64,000 nucleotides of DNA from Octopus vulgaris (GCA_951406725.2 OX597823.1:7130001-7194000); one strand, 5' to 3'; counted from the first letter of the stretch, positions 12,796 through 27,276 are shown. The notes: a model not told the origin generated them from the letters alone. Numbers and translations: made by a program.

Positions 12796-14170
12796 CTTAC
12801 ATTTAATTCTTTTCTGTTTATGTCTCCATAGTTCTCTTAACTTTAATAACTTCCAGATACATCTTAGCTTTATTACAAATAATTATGGGAGCTCAAATCA
12901 CAAAATGTTCTCCAGTTTTACTGATATAAATTTTATCATCTCTACTTTAGGATAACATAAAAAAAGTTAAAATATATAATCTATTAAATGATTAAATAAA
13001 TAATTTATCATAATAAGTGTCTTTTTAGATGTTTTGTAAATTACTAAGTCCTTGCAAATAAAATAAATATAGCAAAACTGAAAATGTAAAGTTGAAATTA
13101 AAAATGAGAGTTGAAAGATCATCAGAGGTGTTAAAAGTCACGTCAAATATATGAGTGTTAATCAGCTCAAATATATGTTAGTTCATCAGGAAATGGTAGA
13201 AGAGATGGAGTAAATGAAAATGAGAATATTTTTTGAACCTGTTTATTAGGACATTTAAAATTGTCCAATTAACACTTTCAGATCTCTCTGTATTGATATT
13301 TTTTGAGCTAGTGATCAAATGTAGTGACTAAAAAAAATACAAAAAAAGAAAAAAAAAAAGATAGCATTCAAAATAAACAAATATTTAAAAAGAAAACACT
13401 AGAGCTAAATGAGCCAAATAAATAAATAAATAAATAAATAAAATATAAAATGTTTCGTTAGTTCTAAAAGTTACTTTGAAAATGATTTGTATCTTTGTTT
13501 TTATTTGATTCTCCCTTTTCTCAATATTTTCATTGCTGTCATAAATCTTGGATCACAAAGTTTCATTGAGATTTGCATGTCTAGAATAGGAAAGCAAAAG
13601 GATTGAGATTTGGAACGAATGCATTAAAAGTTCAAAGCTGATAAAATCCCTCTTAGTTTTAAAAACAAAATACCAAACCACATTGCTAATGAACAGCAGT
13701 TATACATTTTTGTTTCTTTAAATTTATATATTTAAATATGTTTCACAAAAGCAGAAGGTTATTATTGTTTACATTTTTTTATGTACTTTTTCTAGTATAA
13801 TTGCAACAAACCTTTCTTAATTGATTTTCTAAAACTCTGAGAAGCATTCTTTCATTTTATCATGTGATTGTAAATATTTCATTAATAAACCAAGAAAAAT
13901 TGAATGGAACGACTAAAATATAAATTCGTTTCAATGAAATAATCAGTAAAAGTGAACTTTGCTAATTACACTGGAACAGTGAAGAGTTTATTTCTGATTA
14001 AAGGGTTAATGAATATCTAAATTTCAATACATTAAAACTCTGAGCAACAAAATTTTTTTGTGAATTGTGGTACTCCACAAAGTTGCTTCTCTTTGGAATT
14101 ATTTTCTTTGCTACCAAACAAATAGTTCCAAAGAAAGCCTTACTTTACTTACAACATAGTTCCCTTCTGA

Positions 14171-14230
14171 GATCCATAAATCTTCAGCTGAGAGCCTGAC
14201 ACCAGTCTGTCAGCTGAAGATTTATGAATC
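14171..14230. repeat. Short hairpin adjoining a mariner-like terminal fragment
   Basis: ataaatcttcagctga / tcagctgaagatttat arms. Confidence 0.7.
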
Positions 14231-16031
14231 TTATTCATTCAAGTTTTTTAAAAATGCTACATGAGTTACCAACAGTTTATAAATAGTTAAGATAAATTAT
14301 TGTGAAGGACGAGAAACAGTTACTGAGAATCAAATCATTTTATTTAGCTAAAACATTCAACTTCAGTTTTCAGAGCATAAGTGCAACATTTCCATATTTA
14401 TTGCAAATGACTGGTTCCAACTTCAATTAAAGTATACCATGATGCAATTGAACCATAGAGGAACTATAATGATTTTGTAGCATTCATCGATGCCTTAAAC
14501 ATTGAATTTTTCCAGTGCTTTCTGGTTCTTTGTTGAGTAAACAAGAAATCTGAGCGGTGGAATCGTTATGGACCACTCTGCTTTCATGCTTATTGAGCCC
14601 AACTTCTTTGTATGTCATTTCAGAATTCCTCAATGGAACATTCATCATCAGTCCCAGAACTCACTTGGGCTGGCTTCTTCAAAAACATTTACCAGTGGCA
14701 CTCCCCTCAGTAGAATTTTCTTCTTAGCTTGATCTTACTGGTGGAGGTTATATCAACAATTGATATAGAATCAGTTTGATTATCTGGGTATTTGTTATGA
14801 GTATAGTAATAAGTAACACAAATTAGCTTAGTATGCCTCACCTCTGGATCATAATAATTGCTAGGATTAAACTGTCTAAGTAGAGCTTCTCCAGATTTAG
14901 ACATTCAGTAAGTAAGATCTATTCCATTGACAAGTGCCACAGAAAATTAAATAGTTGTCCATGAAATGCCTGCTCAATGCAGTGCAAAGAGTGGAATGGT
15001 TAAAATATTATTCCATCACTTTTCTGCCAACTTTCTTGAACAAAGGGCAAGTATTATTGTTCTCTGTAGAATTCCATTTAAACACTCTACTTAGTTGCTT
15101 CCAGTAGATGGGGGTGGAGTTGTTTATTTTAAGCAATATTTTTGTTCTCCAAAGAAGTATAAACATCTCCAGACATAAATTTTAAAGATATTGAATAACT
15201 GTAGAAAGCATCATATGTGAACATTCAAACCAAAAAGAATCCTTGAGTATTCATTTATAACTACAAACAAGTAGTTGTAAGAGTTAAGCATTCCAATGGC
15301 TGTAATAGCTATAGCCTCCTGTTTTGATTGATGAATGATTTTATTCAAAGTAAGAAAGAGTTCTGGATAAGAAAGTGACAGGTTTATTACACTATGAAAG
15401 GATACCTGAAATTATATCACTGGAAACAGCAGTTTGAGCATGTAATGGAATTTCAGGCAAACACGGTTTGAGAGGGAGGCATACATTAGCCATTGAGATT
15501 TTAAGAAAATAACTATCATCTAGATTTCTTTTTTACAGCAAAAAAGTAAGGTTGAATTTACTCCAGAAAAAGCAATGCTTGTCTTTTTTAGTATTAACTA
15601 GACAAACAGTAGATGTAGTTGTTTAGCATTGATAGATGCTGGGCGATCAACAGAGGTATCAATCTTTCCAAGCTACAGAAGAATTATTTTCTATTTTTGT
15701 ATCCTAGGTAACAAACAGACGTTAGGCAGAGAAGATATTTGTGATTGTTCAATGCAATATTGAGTTTGAAATTGAAATAAACTGAGCCAAATTTTTATCA
15801 TATAAAATAGTTTTGCTAATGAGAAAACATTGCCATGATGTGAATACCTTCAATATTGTCATCTATAATTATGCTATCCCACAATTTTTGAAAAGAACTC
15901 TGGCATTAGTCACAGCAAAGAATCAGAATGGCTTTCAATTAAATGGATCAATGATAGGGCAAATACTTACAAATCAAGCGAATCATTGAAGGTATGAAGA
16001 AGAAGAATGTACCAGTAATTCTACTTTCTAT

Positions 16032-16391
16032 CATTACATAAACTTTTGTAGTGTGTTGATAACACTACAATGAAATTCTTCTCAATTAAACATGATTTCT
16101 CTCATTAGACGAAGCCATAGACTTATTTCCTTCTGACTTTCTCATCTTAATAAAGATATTAGGGTGGTTTACCATTGCCTTTCCCAACTGTATGGGTTTT
16201 GGCAATGAAGGAACACATTTGTCCTTTGACAGATCTTGTTTTTAGTCCTGCCTGGTGTCAAAATACCCACTTCACAAGAGTAGCAAGCTACTCATGTGGG
16301 AGAGCCGGTTTAGTAACCAATCACCCAACCATGAAACAGGTAGTACCGATTTACATGGTACCAGTAGCAGGTCTCATCAACCTGACTATCC
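16032..16391 (-). mobile_element. Insert in the LINE RT, RTE-UTR-like
   Basis: 9-bp direct repeat actttctat (16023-16031, 16392-16400); minus-strand gggaaaggcaatggtaaaccac motif. Confidence 0.55.
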
Positions 16392-16492
16392 ACTTTCTAT
16401 AGACTTCATAAAAGTTTTTGATTTGATCCAAAGAAGGAAAACGAAAGATATATTACTATCCTATGGCATGGCTGGAGAAACTGTGAATGCTA

Positions 16493-16825
16493 TCATCATC
16501 ATCATCATCATCATCATCGTTTAGCGTCCGTTTTCCATGCTAGCATGGGTTGGACGGTTCTACTGGGGTCTGTGAAGCCAGAAGGCTTCATCAGGCCCAG
16601 TCAAATCTGGCAGTGTTTCTACGGCTGGATGCCCTTCCTAACGCCAACCACTCCGTGAGTGTAGTGGGTGCTTTTTACGTGCCACCCGCACAGGTGCCAG
16701 ACAGAGCTGGCAAACGGCCATGAACGGATGGTGCTTTTTATGTGCCACCAGCACGGGGGCCAGGCGAGGCTGGCAACGGACACGAACGGATGGTGCTTTT
16801 TACGTGTCACCGGCACGAGGCCAGT
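16493..16825 (-). mobile_element. Family C bipartite RTE-tail element
   Basis: (CAT)n tail and internal repeats in reverse. Confidence 0.88.
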
Positions 16826-17626
16826 TGGGAATGATACAATATAAGAACATTAAAGCTAAAGTTCATTGTGCTGATAAAAATACAAACTTCTTTCAGATTA
16901 TTGTCAGAGTCCTACAAGGCAATTCCTTCACACTATACCTTTTCAGCTTTTGCTTTGATTATGTATTAAGGAAGTCACTGAACTCGAAAAAATCACATCA
17001 AATTCACTCTTTTACAGAAAAACTATGATAGATATCCTGCCAAGAAAATTACAGATGTAGATTATGTCACTAATCTGGCAATAATCAGGGATCATATGAA
17101 AGATGCCAATATCCTCTCACATGCTCTGAAGAAAAATGCCAGTGAGACTGAATGATAAATCAATACTGCAAAAATGGAATGTCTTGCAACCACGATGGAA
17201 CTGAAAGTTGACAGCCTCTGAATGGAGAAAAAAATCAAAAGTGAAGAGAACTACAAATACTTTGGACATCATATTTCTAAATCTAAGAGTGATATGAAAA
17301 TCAGGATTAGTAAAGAATGGTGAGCACTTAACTATTTGGATAAGATACAGAAATCTAATTTTCCACAAAAATTAAAATAAACTTCTACAGAGTCACGGTT
17401 GAATCAATTTTAGTTAATGGTCCGATGATATGGACACTTGCAGTTCCTATGAAGAAAATTATAAATGACTCATACAGCAGAGTGCCCCATGTTGCTCTAA
17501 ACATCTCATGGTATCAACACATAGCTAACAAAGAGCTATACAAAGACATCTCATCTGTTACAGAGACAGTATGAAAGCACAGGGTGAAATTTATCATTCA
17601 CTGCTGGTATAGCATGTATGTATATA

Positions 17627-17830
17627 TACTCTTTTACTCTTTTACTTGTTTCAGTCATTTGACTGCGGCCATGCTGGAGCACCGCCTTTAATTGAGCAAC
17701 TCGACCCCGGGACTTATTCTTTTGTAAGCCCAGTACTTATTCTATCAGTCTCTTTTGCCGAACCGCTAGGCAACGGGGACATAAACACACCAGCATCGGT
17801 TGTCAAGCAATGCTAGGGGAACAAACATGC

Positions 17831-17863
<33 letters not shown>

Positions 17864-18022
17864 TACGACGGGCTTCTTTTCAGTTTCCATCTACCAAATC
17901 CGCTCACAAGGCTTTGGTCGGCCCGAGGCTATAGTAGAAGACACTTGCCCAAGGTGCCACGCAGTGGGACTGAACCCAGAACCATGTGGTTGGTAAACAA
18001 GCTACTTACCACACAGCCACTC
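17627..18022 (-). mobile_element. Family A SINE
   Basis: Near full-length match to other copies. Confidence 0.9.
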
Positions 18023-18395
18023 ATATATCAGATGAAACAGAATCCAAGGAAACTGGTGATGGTCTGTGTCAGCAAGACATGTGTTGTTTCTAGTTTTGAT
18101 AGAGAGAAAAAGATGTCTATTACAACCTAATATGATATAGCAAATTTCTGCTTAGGATTTTTGTCACTTTTTCTTCACACACATATACAAAGTACAGACA
18201 ATAGATATCTAGTAGGAATATTGCTTAGGAATTGAACCTGAAATTACTTTGTACAGACATGAAAATAACTGTTAAAACCCAAACTGGATTGTGTCAGGGA
18301 TTGACAGTGTCAGCAAGCATCTAACCATTCTAGTGCATAAATCTTGCATAGACACACATGAACTGATTCATTGGTAGAAATATCTCTTTTGTTAA

Positions 18396-18627
18396 GGCGG
18401 TGAGCTGGCAGAAACGTTAGCATGCCGGGCGAAATGCTTAGCGGTATTTCGTCTGCCATTACATTCTGAGTTCAAATTCCACCGAGGTCAACTTTGCCTT
18501 TCATCCTTTCGGGGTCGATAAATTAAGTACCAGTTACACACGGGGATCTATGTAATCGACTTAATCTGTTTGTCTGTCCTTGTTTGTCCCCTCTATGTTT
18601 AGCCCCCTGTGGGCAACAAAGAAATAA
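18396..18627 (+). mobile_element. Meta-domain SINE (family B)
   Basis: Full-length; TSD agaaatatct(c/t)ttttgttaa. Confidence 0.9.
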
Positions 18628-18734
18628 GAAATATCTTTTTTGTTAACAATTATTAAAAAATTTTTGTATTTGGAATTTACACAGATTTTTGTTCCATCAA
18701 CCAACCAAATATTTTGATGTTATAGATAAATAGC

Positions 18735-18875
18735 TAACAGACAGGTGGATAGATAAATAGACAGATAGACAGGCAGATAGGTGGATTGATAGATAGTCAA
18801 ACAGACAGATAGGCAGACAGAAAGACAAACAGACAGGCAAATAGACAGACAGATAGAGAGGCAGGTAGACAGGTA
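18735..18875. repeat. Degenerate (GATA/GACA)n
   Basis: Direct inspection. Confidence 0.8.
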
Positions 18876-18999
18876 GCTATACAAACATAAATTTATATAT
18901 TATTCAAAACTGATTTTTGGTTCCTTGAATCATACAAAGGTCAATACATGAAATACACAAAGGAGATATGTGCAGAACACTAATAACTTTTAAAAAGTA

Positions 19000-20250
19000 A
19001 TCCCAATTAAAAAAAATACTGCTTCTACAATTTACTTTTGTATTTGTACGATCGCTACAATCATCCAGCAATTGTCTGCCTCATCTGTTTTGATATCTTT
19101 CCTTTATAACCTTTATATCCTGATGGAATCTCTCTCTAATATTCCTAACTAAAATCACCAAGATTCTCAAGAAATTTGTCCTAGTAACTATGGAAAAGGT
19201 GTATCTATATTAGCTTCCAAACTTTAAAATTTACCAAATATCTTTTGCATCAATTTGCTATTCTGTGGTAACAATAATTGAGACTTAAATAATTGCTCTC
19301 GACCAAAGCTTCAGCATTATTTACAAATTTTAAGTAATTGGAATCTTAGGAGTGTCAAAGATTCTTGTTTTCAGTTTTGCAACGATCAGGATAGAGAATG
19401 GTCTAAAAATCTATTTTAAGCAATCATTGTGTTTGTCCAGTGTATCAAATAGTCACGAGAATGCATTCAAGTATAGGTAAATGCTACACTTTTGTATTGA
19501 GTCCACATTTATATACCACAACAACAGAGTGGGGTTCCAAATAAATTAAAGACAGAATGCAGCCAAATAAATGCTGGTCCATATTGAAAGAAATTGATTG
19601 CAAATAGAAGAGCCGTTCAAGTTGTTTAATAATTGAATGCAGTGATTAGGATAAGAAAATCTTTCATAGAAACACATTCTTGGTGTGGATATCCTTGAAA
19701 TCAATGCTTTCTGACAGATGGGATTGCACGTGTTACTGATGGAAGATAAGTTATCTTCACAAGGGCAACTCACAAGTGAAGGCAAGTTACTGATGGAATT
19801 TTGTCCACAAAAGCAACACACAAATGATGACAAAAGATCATAGATCTAATTGAGCAGTGATATTCATATATTTATTGAAGAAAGAACTTACAGAAATTTG
19901 TATTTCAGGAGAAGCTTTGGTAATTGTAAATAAGAGTTTAATACAAATGAAAGAGTAATTTAATTTTTACTAGAAGTGAGGTGGTTGCAAATATGCCAAA
20001 TGTTAAAGAGAGGGCCATCCTGATATTTTCAGTAAAGAAGGGGAAAATGTGTAAGATTTGACTGAATGCTAGGTTGCCATAAAATAAAACCAATTTGTTA
20101 AGTAGAAAAGGGATGAAAGTGCAAAGTCACCTAAAAATGAAAGGTGATGAATACCAGTATTAAGGAATTTGAGTTGAAATATGACCATTTGTAGCAGTAC
20201 ACAGAAATGGAACAAGAAAATATATTTTTAACTTTCAAATCTCTTTTTAA
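19000..20250 (-). mobile_element. Possible highly decayed LINE endonuclease region
   Basis: Only weak EN-like peptide fragments on the minus strand. Confidence 0.3.
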
Positions 20251-22497
20251 TTTGGTGTTTAACTTTACATTATAAACTGAATGAATTCCTTTCTTGTAGG
20301 ATATCTGATTTCTGCCATTTATAATTTTCCCTGTTCAACTATTAATTTGTATAATATTGTGATTTGAAGAATGATTTGAAGAAGGGAAATTTTGTTTAGA
20401 ACATTCTATGATGCAACATTAGCAGCATTGCTTTTCTTCCTCATAAAAACATGAATAGTTTATTCAAAATGTTTCATTCTGTCAAATATATGGGAAGAAA
20501 TTCTTTAAAATTTGTACATTTTTGTGTTTGCTTCATTCAGCTGGCTTAAATATTGTTTTAATATTTCATTTGTAGTTTTTAACATAGAAAAGTAACTTTC
20601 TAACCACAATTCTAGATATCCATACTTCTTATGAATAAATGTGGTTATTCTTATTTTCTTCTCTGATGTTATTATATCAAAAGAAAAAAAAATACCCAGT
20701 AAATATAATTTGTTGTTTCCTGTATGAAGATGCAAAATAAAAGAATATCAAGTTCTATTCACTTTTAATAACTTTACAATACTTCATTTAGAAAGTATTC
20801 TTTCAGACATAATATAGATTTATAAAAACATCGCTACTAAAAGGGCTATAAAAAAGTCCAATGATCTTAATTAAATGTAAATATTAAATTATTGCATGTA
20901 TTGAAAAAATAGTACTACAGGGGATGGTGGGCTATGAAAAAAGAAAAGAAAATGACACTACAAAATGTTTTTTTTCCCTTCTTTAGATACCTCAAAAGAG
21001 AAATTACATCTGTGTCAGAACGCACACAAAACACACACACACAAACTTGGATATTTGTATGCATGCACACATATGCACGCATATACATATGCACACATAT
21101 TTATTTTTCTGTTAATGTATAAATGCACACATATAGCCTGTATACATAGATAAACTTATTCATTTCCATGTATTTATTGATAAATATAACAAATGATGTT
21201 TTCATCAGTACTAGCAATTTAAGGCTGGCAATATTCTATTTCATGCAAGCAAAGTCAGCATTATATTCTTAAATTTTCGTTTATATAGCCTTCTTTCATG
21301 AATGGTTCTATAACTGTGAAAACAGCTCAACATATTAAGACACTCTTCTTTATCATTCCTTATCATTCATTAGGTATGAGAAACGATTAGATTGCTAATA
21401 ATTAACATTATGACTAATTACAAAACTCAGATATTTACTTATTCTCAAAAGCTTTCCATAAATAGAAGTTGAGACATCCTTTATATATTATGATACCTCA
21501 TGACAATAGATATATTTTTGTAAGCATACATTTAGGCACAACATTGGGAAGGTCTGATGCTTTCATCAATATTAAAGCATTGTTTAAACTTGTGTGATTT
21601 TCAACACTGCTTTAAAAGGTAATTCATATCTTGAGGGCACCATTGAATGATATAGCACCTGTAGTCATCTACATTCTCGGCTGTAATAAAGTTACAATCA
21701 TCTACTTGATTACTTCATTTGTAGTCTTTCTTTCACTTCAAGGCCACAGCTTTTGTTTTTGTTTTCTTTTTCTGTTGTTGTTACTAGGGCTTTATCTCAA
21801 CTGGATTTTACTTCAAATATAAATTACTTTGTGATTGTTGCTGAATGCAAAGTATCTTAGAATTCATTAGACTCTGTACTTAACATCAATACCCATGTCA
21901 CTAAGATCCTTGACAGCTGCTTCTTCCTCTCAGAAAAAATAGATTGTCTCAATTACATAGAAATATCCATACATTAATTAGCTTTAAATTGGAAATGTAT
22001 AAAATGTATAATTCATTATTTTTTTGATATCACCAGATCAAACATTAATAAATTCAGAATGCTGTAACCTGTCTTATCTTCAATAAATGCAATTGTGATA
22101 GTACCAAAGATTACTACATATAACTTTACTAAATCAATATTGATCAGAGGATAATATTTAAAACTTTGCTAATGACAAAGTCTTCAAAGCATTGATCCTG
22201 TTATTTCTCATCCTCTTGTATAAGACTTGTTTTTGACATATCTTCATTTTGCAGCCACTAAATATGATAACAAAGCTTCCCTGTCCCAAGATAGTAGAAC
22301 GCATTTTCTGTTGATCTCTGATCATCTAGTTCAAAGGATATATTTAAGCCAGTCATTAATCATGATTTTATTATTATTGTTTCATCGTTCCTTGTACAAA
22401 TATCTAGTTGTATATACTTACAAAACTGCTAGTATATGGAAATTTGGAGTATTTGTTTATTGGGCTTTTATCATATTAGGATAAAGCTAAAGTGATA

Positions 22498-23300
22498 TAC
22501 ATACTTAAGTACATACTAACAACATAACATACATGCATACATACATACATACATACATACATACACACATACATACATACACACATACACGCATACATAC
22601 ACACATACATACATACACACACACATACATACACACACACATACATACATACATACACACATACATGCATACATAAACACACACATACATACATACACAC
22701 ATACATACATACACACATACACACATACACACATACATACACACATACACACATACATACATACATACATACACACACACTCACACATACATACATACAT
22801 ACATACATACATACATACATACATACATACATACACACACACATACATACATACACACATACATGCATACATAAACACACACATACATACATACACACAT
22901 ACACACATACATACATACACACATACATACATACACACATACATACATACACACATACACACATACACACATACATACATACATACATACATACACACAC
23001 ACTCACACATACATACATACATACATACATACATACATACATACATACATACACACACACATACATACACACATACATGCATACATAAACACACACATAC
23101 ATACACACATACACACATACATACATACATACATACATACATACATACATACATACATACATACATACATACATACATACACACATACATACACACACAC
23201 ATACATACATACATACATACATACATACATACATACATACATACATACATACATACATACATACATACATACATACATACTTATATACGTACATACATAC
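22498..23300. repeat. ~800-bp (TACA)/(CA) microsatellite
   Basis: Direct inspection; accounts for the MYVC ORFs. Confidence 0.97.
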
Positions 23301-24432
23301 TGAAAAGATAGACCAGTTCACTTAGAAGATTGTACATGGTTACTTGGCATGAAAATCTCAAAGCATAGAAGGCATTGATCAAGTCAAAAGCCTTGCATTG
23401 TGTACCAACAAGTTTATGACATCCCATTTTGAAGGCTACCTCTGTGTAATTCAAGACCAACAGATCCCTGTCAAGTACATACAGTACCAGAAGCAGAAAA
23501 CATTGACAAACACCAAATGTAGGTTGTGCAGAAACTATACTGAACACATCAACCACATTATTGCTAACTGCGAGAGAATGTCTTCCAGACATTATTTCTT
23601 TCCCGTTGCCAGCCTCACCTGGCTCCCGTGCCGGTGACACGTAAAAAGCACCATCCGTTTGTGGCCATTGCCAGCCTCGCCTGGCCCCCCATGCCGGTGG
23701 CACATAAAAAGCACCATCCGATCGTGGCCTCTTGCCAGACTCATCTGGCATCTGTGCCGGTGGCACGTAAAAAGCACCCACTACACTCATGGAGTGGTTG
23801 GTGTTAGGAAGGGCATCCAGCCGTAGAAACATTGCCAGATCAAACTGGGCCTGGTGCAGCCTTCTGGCTTCCCAGACCCCAGTTGAACTGTCCAACCCAT
23901 GCTAGCATGGAAAGCGGACGCTAAACGATGATGATGATGATGATGAATCATGATGCAGGGGCCAGAAATGTCTGGAACAGGATAACAAAAGAGAAAACAC
24001 CTACAGATGAAATTGACAATATTGAGATGGATGAGTCAAAAGAATATTGACGGAACTTAAAGATTGAGGCAGCCGCCAAGTTAAAGCACAACCAGCCAGA
24101 TATTGTTGTATGAAACCACAAGGAAAAGGTATGTTCTGATGTGGAAATCAGCAGCTCTCTGAATACCAATGGGGTTAGAGAAATACAAGAGCAAGAGGAC
24201 ATCAATGAACCATTGATAAGGAATTTGTAAATCTTGTATGCAGGATACACTTTCAGTTTCATACTGATTTTTGGAGCAACAGGATACACACCAACCCATT
24301 TGGAGCAAAGTATAGCAGAACTTAGGTTCTGGGAGAGAATTCATACACTACAATTCATACACTGAATTTATACACTACAAATGATCACAATACCTGGGGC
24401 TATAAGAATCTGCAAGACCTTAAGATTTAAAG
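23300..24432 (+). mobile_element. R4/Dong/NeSL-like non-LTR element, 3' part (CCHC + restriction-like endonuclease)
   Basis: EGYLCVIQDQ, KCRLCRNYTEHINHIIANC, later HD and NQPDIVV..VEIS motifs. Confidence 0.8.
23600..23945 (+). mobile_element. Family C element nested in the RLE LINE
   Basis: Three internal repeat units and (ATG)n tail. Confidence 0.88.
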
Positions 24433-24435
24433 GAT

Positions 24436-24836
24436 ACTCTTTTACTTGTTTCAGTCATTTGACTGTGGCCATCTTGGAGCACCGCCTTTAATCGAGCAAC
24501 TCGACCCCGGGACTTATTCTTTTGTAAGCCCAGTACTTATTCTATCAGTCTCTTTTGCCGAACCGCTAAGTAACGGGAACATAAACACACCAGCATCGGT
24601 TGTCAAGCCATGCTAGGGGGACAAACACAGACACACAAACACACACATGCATATATATATATATACATATATACGACGGGCTTCTTTCAGTTTCTGTCTA
24701 CCAAATCCACTCACAAGGCTTTGGTCGGCCCGAGGCTATAGTAGAAGACACTTGCCCAAGGTGCCATGCAGTGGGATTGAACCCAGAACCATGTGGTTGG
24801 TAAACAAGCTACTTACCACACAGCCACTCCTGTGCC
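24436..24836 (-). mobile_element. Family A SINE
   Basis: Full-length match. Confidence 0.92.
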
Positions 24837-25261
24837 TATGATGAACAAAACAAGATGTTTTCCTTCATAACCCTGCGACTAAGTAGTTAGCCAATCAAAA
24901 TTTACTCTAAATTAAAAAGAGAAGGACAGAATAAATACATCCATAATGAAAAGGCACCTTGAAGAGACCTAATACAGGCCTATGGGAACCCATTAATGTA
25001 CATATTCAAAAGAAATATGGAAGACCAGATTGGCATATCAAATTGGTTTGCTATAGTATGGATGAATCTTGTAGCCAAGAATGAGACCACCATTGCTTGC
25101 CTAAATGTTATGCTCAAGGTTTACACAAGTTGTCTCAGCCAGTTCTTCGAGAAACATTGTGAGTCAAACAACATAGTGACTGATGAACAAGCTGGTGGAA
25201 AGAATGGAGTGTGCAGATGTGTCAAACAATTTTCGATAAAATTGACCTGTTGGGGCAAGTG

Positions 25262-25716
25262 AAATCGAAATCGGAATCGAAATTGAACCAATCCTATGAC
25301 TGGCACCTGGCAGATGCCAGGACCCCTAGACTGGAGATACGTAAAAAGCACTATCCGAATCATGTCTGATGCCAGGGCCGCCCCATCTGGCTTCCGTGTC
25401 GGTGGCATGTAAAAAGCACCATCTGAATCGTGGCTGATGCCAGTGCCGCCTCGACTGGCTTCCGTGCAGGTGGCACGTAAAATGCACCAATCCGACCGTG
25501 GCCGATGTCAGCCTCGCCTGGCACCAGTGCAGGTGGCACGTAAAAAGCACCCACTACACTCACGGAGTGGTTGGCGTTAGGAAGGGCATCCAGCTGTAGA
25601 AACATTGCCAGATAAGACCGGAGCTTGGTGCAGCCTTCTGGCTTCCCAGATCCCCGGTCGAACCGTCCAACCCATGCTAGCATGGAGAACGGACGTTAAA
25701 CGATGATGATGATGAT
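25262..25716 (+). mobile_element. Family C element, longest copy
   Basis: (GAAATC)n start, four GCACGTAAAAAGCAC-type units, (ATG)n tail. Confidence 0.88.
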
Positions 25717-26340
25717 GAAAGCTGTGCTATCTGAAATATGAAAACACCAGAGAAACCTTGTAACAGTATGGCTTGATTATAGGAAAGCATTTGACTCTTT
25801 TCCCCACTCACAGCAGTTGAAGTCTCTGCACTTGCTACCTTAGTTGCTGCCATTGAGAGGTTCACAAACATTTGGACAAAAATCCTCACACAGCTAAAAG
25901 TAGAACAATGGTTTCTGGTGTTATAAATATTTTAAAAGGAACATTCCAATATTCTCTCTGTACTTTTGTTTATTTTGGCATTAAATCTGTTATCATTTTT
26001 GTTACAAAAATCAAATGGTTATACACTGGTGTCTTCCATTACTAGAGCTATCAATGCAACCCCTAATTTTTTTGTGAAAGATCTGAAGATCTACGCTAAA
26101 ATGCAATGTCAAAACACACCTGGAGTTAACATTGTTAGCTGACATAGGAAAGGAATTTGGCCAAAATTTGATTGTTAAACATGGAAATCAGTTTCCCAAA
26201 CTCCAAACTTGTGCGTCATTGTTCTCTCTATCTCTCCCATTCTACACAAGCTAGGAGGCTACAGATACCTGGGCATTGATGAGAATATATCATACAAAGG
26301 TGTTGAAGATAAAGATAGAGTGAACAGAGAATATCATACC

Positions 26341-26573
26341 TATTTCTTTACTACCCACAAGGGGCTAAACACAGAGGGGACAAACAAGGACAAACAGACG
26401 GATTAAGTCAATTACATTGACTCCAGTGTGTAACTGGTACTTATTTAATCGACCCCGAAAGGATGAAAGGCAAAGTCGACCTTGGTGGAATTTGAACTCA
26501 GAACAAAGTGGCAGACGAAATACCACTAAGAATTTCGCCTGGCGTGCTAATGGTTCTGCCAGCTTGCTGCCTT
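26341..26573 (-). mobile_element. Meta-domain SINE (family B)
   Basis: TSD agagaatat(c/t)atacc. Confidence 0.88.
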
Positions 26574-26854
26574 AAAGAGAGAATATTATACCAGACTTAG
26601 AAAAATATATTAGTTGGAGCTCTCCTCTTACAATAAGACAATATCTCACATGTTTTTAGTATCAGTACTCATTGAGATACTTAACAGGTTTGCAGAGGAA
26701 ATCCATTCCATAGACATTACCATTATGTTATAGTCAATGTTTTTATGGTTGCTTAAGAATGCATGTTGATAATTAAATGATGATTAGAAGAATTTTAATA
26801 TTCTTTTTCCAAATTGAACTTATGTAATGAGATGTAAATAAATACACGCACACA

Positions 26855-26906
<52 letters not shown>

Positions 26907-27276
26907 CACAAGACATATAAATATCCATCAATTTATGTTACTGGAAAACTGTAACAATATCAAACAAGTGTCCTTGGGTAATAAATATTTTTGAATAAGT
27001 TACGTTTCTATTGATTTATAAGTTACATAAAATGTACAATCGCAAAATATTGAAAGCAAAAAAAAAAAAAAGGTTTCTACTTTGAATTATTAAAATAAAA
27101 AATTAACAAACACTTAAGTTTAATTATAAATTTCAAGTTTTGCAAATAAACTTTTTGTTTCATGATAAGCAATGTAGAATATTGTTAGTTCTTTATACAT
27201 TGCAATAACTAGGTTAGTAATATCTTGATTAAAACAAATCTACCAAAATTAATTGAGAATTATTACCGATATTGTG

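Larger units (their letters stand above)
14500..17610 (+). mobile_element. Decayed RTE-clade LINE (EN + RT), interrupted twice
   Basis: NQNGF, IDFIKVFD..RRK..ILLSYG, VLQGN..LYLF...DYVL and YPA..ITDVDY fragments across frameshifts. Confidence 0.75.
24900..26725 (+). mobile_element. Decayed R4/Dong-like RT region
   Basis: TIACLNVMLKVYTS, DEQAGGKNG, DLKIYAK and YRYLGIDE fragments; interrupted by family C and B copies. Confidence 0.7.

Noticed and set aside
25335-25550. Spaced GGCACGTAAAAAGCAC repeats resembling a CRISPR array
   Set aside because: Spacers are related to each other, eukaryotic context, part of a dispersed retroposon, no cas genes
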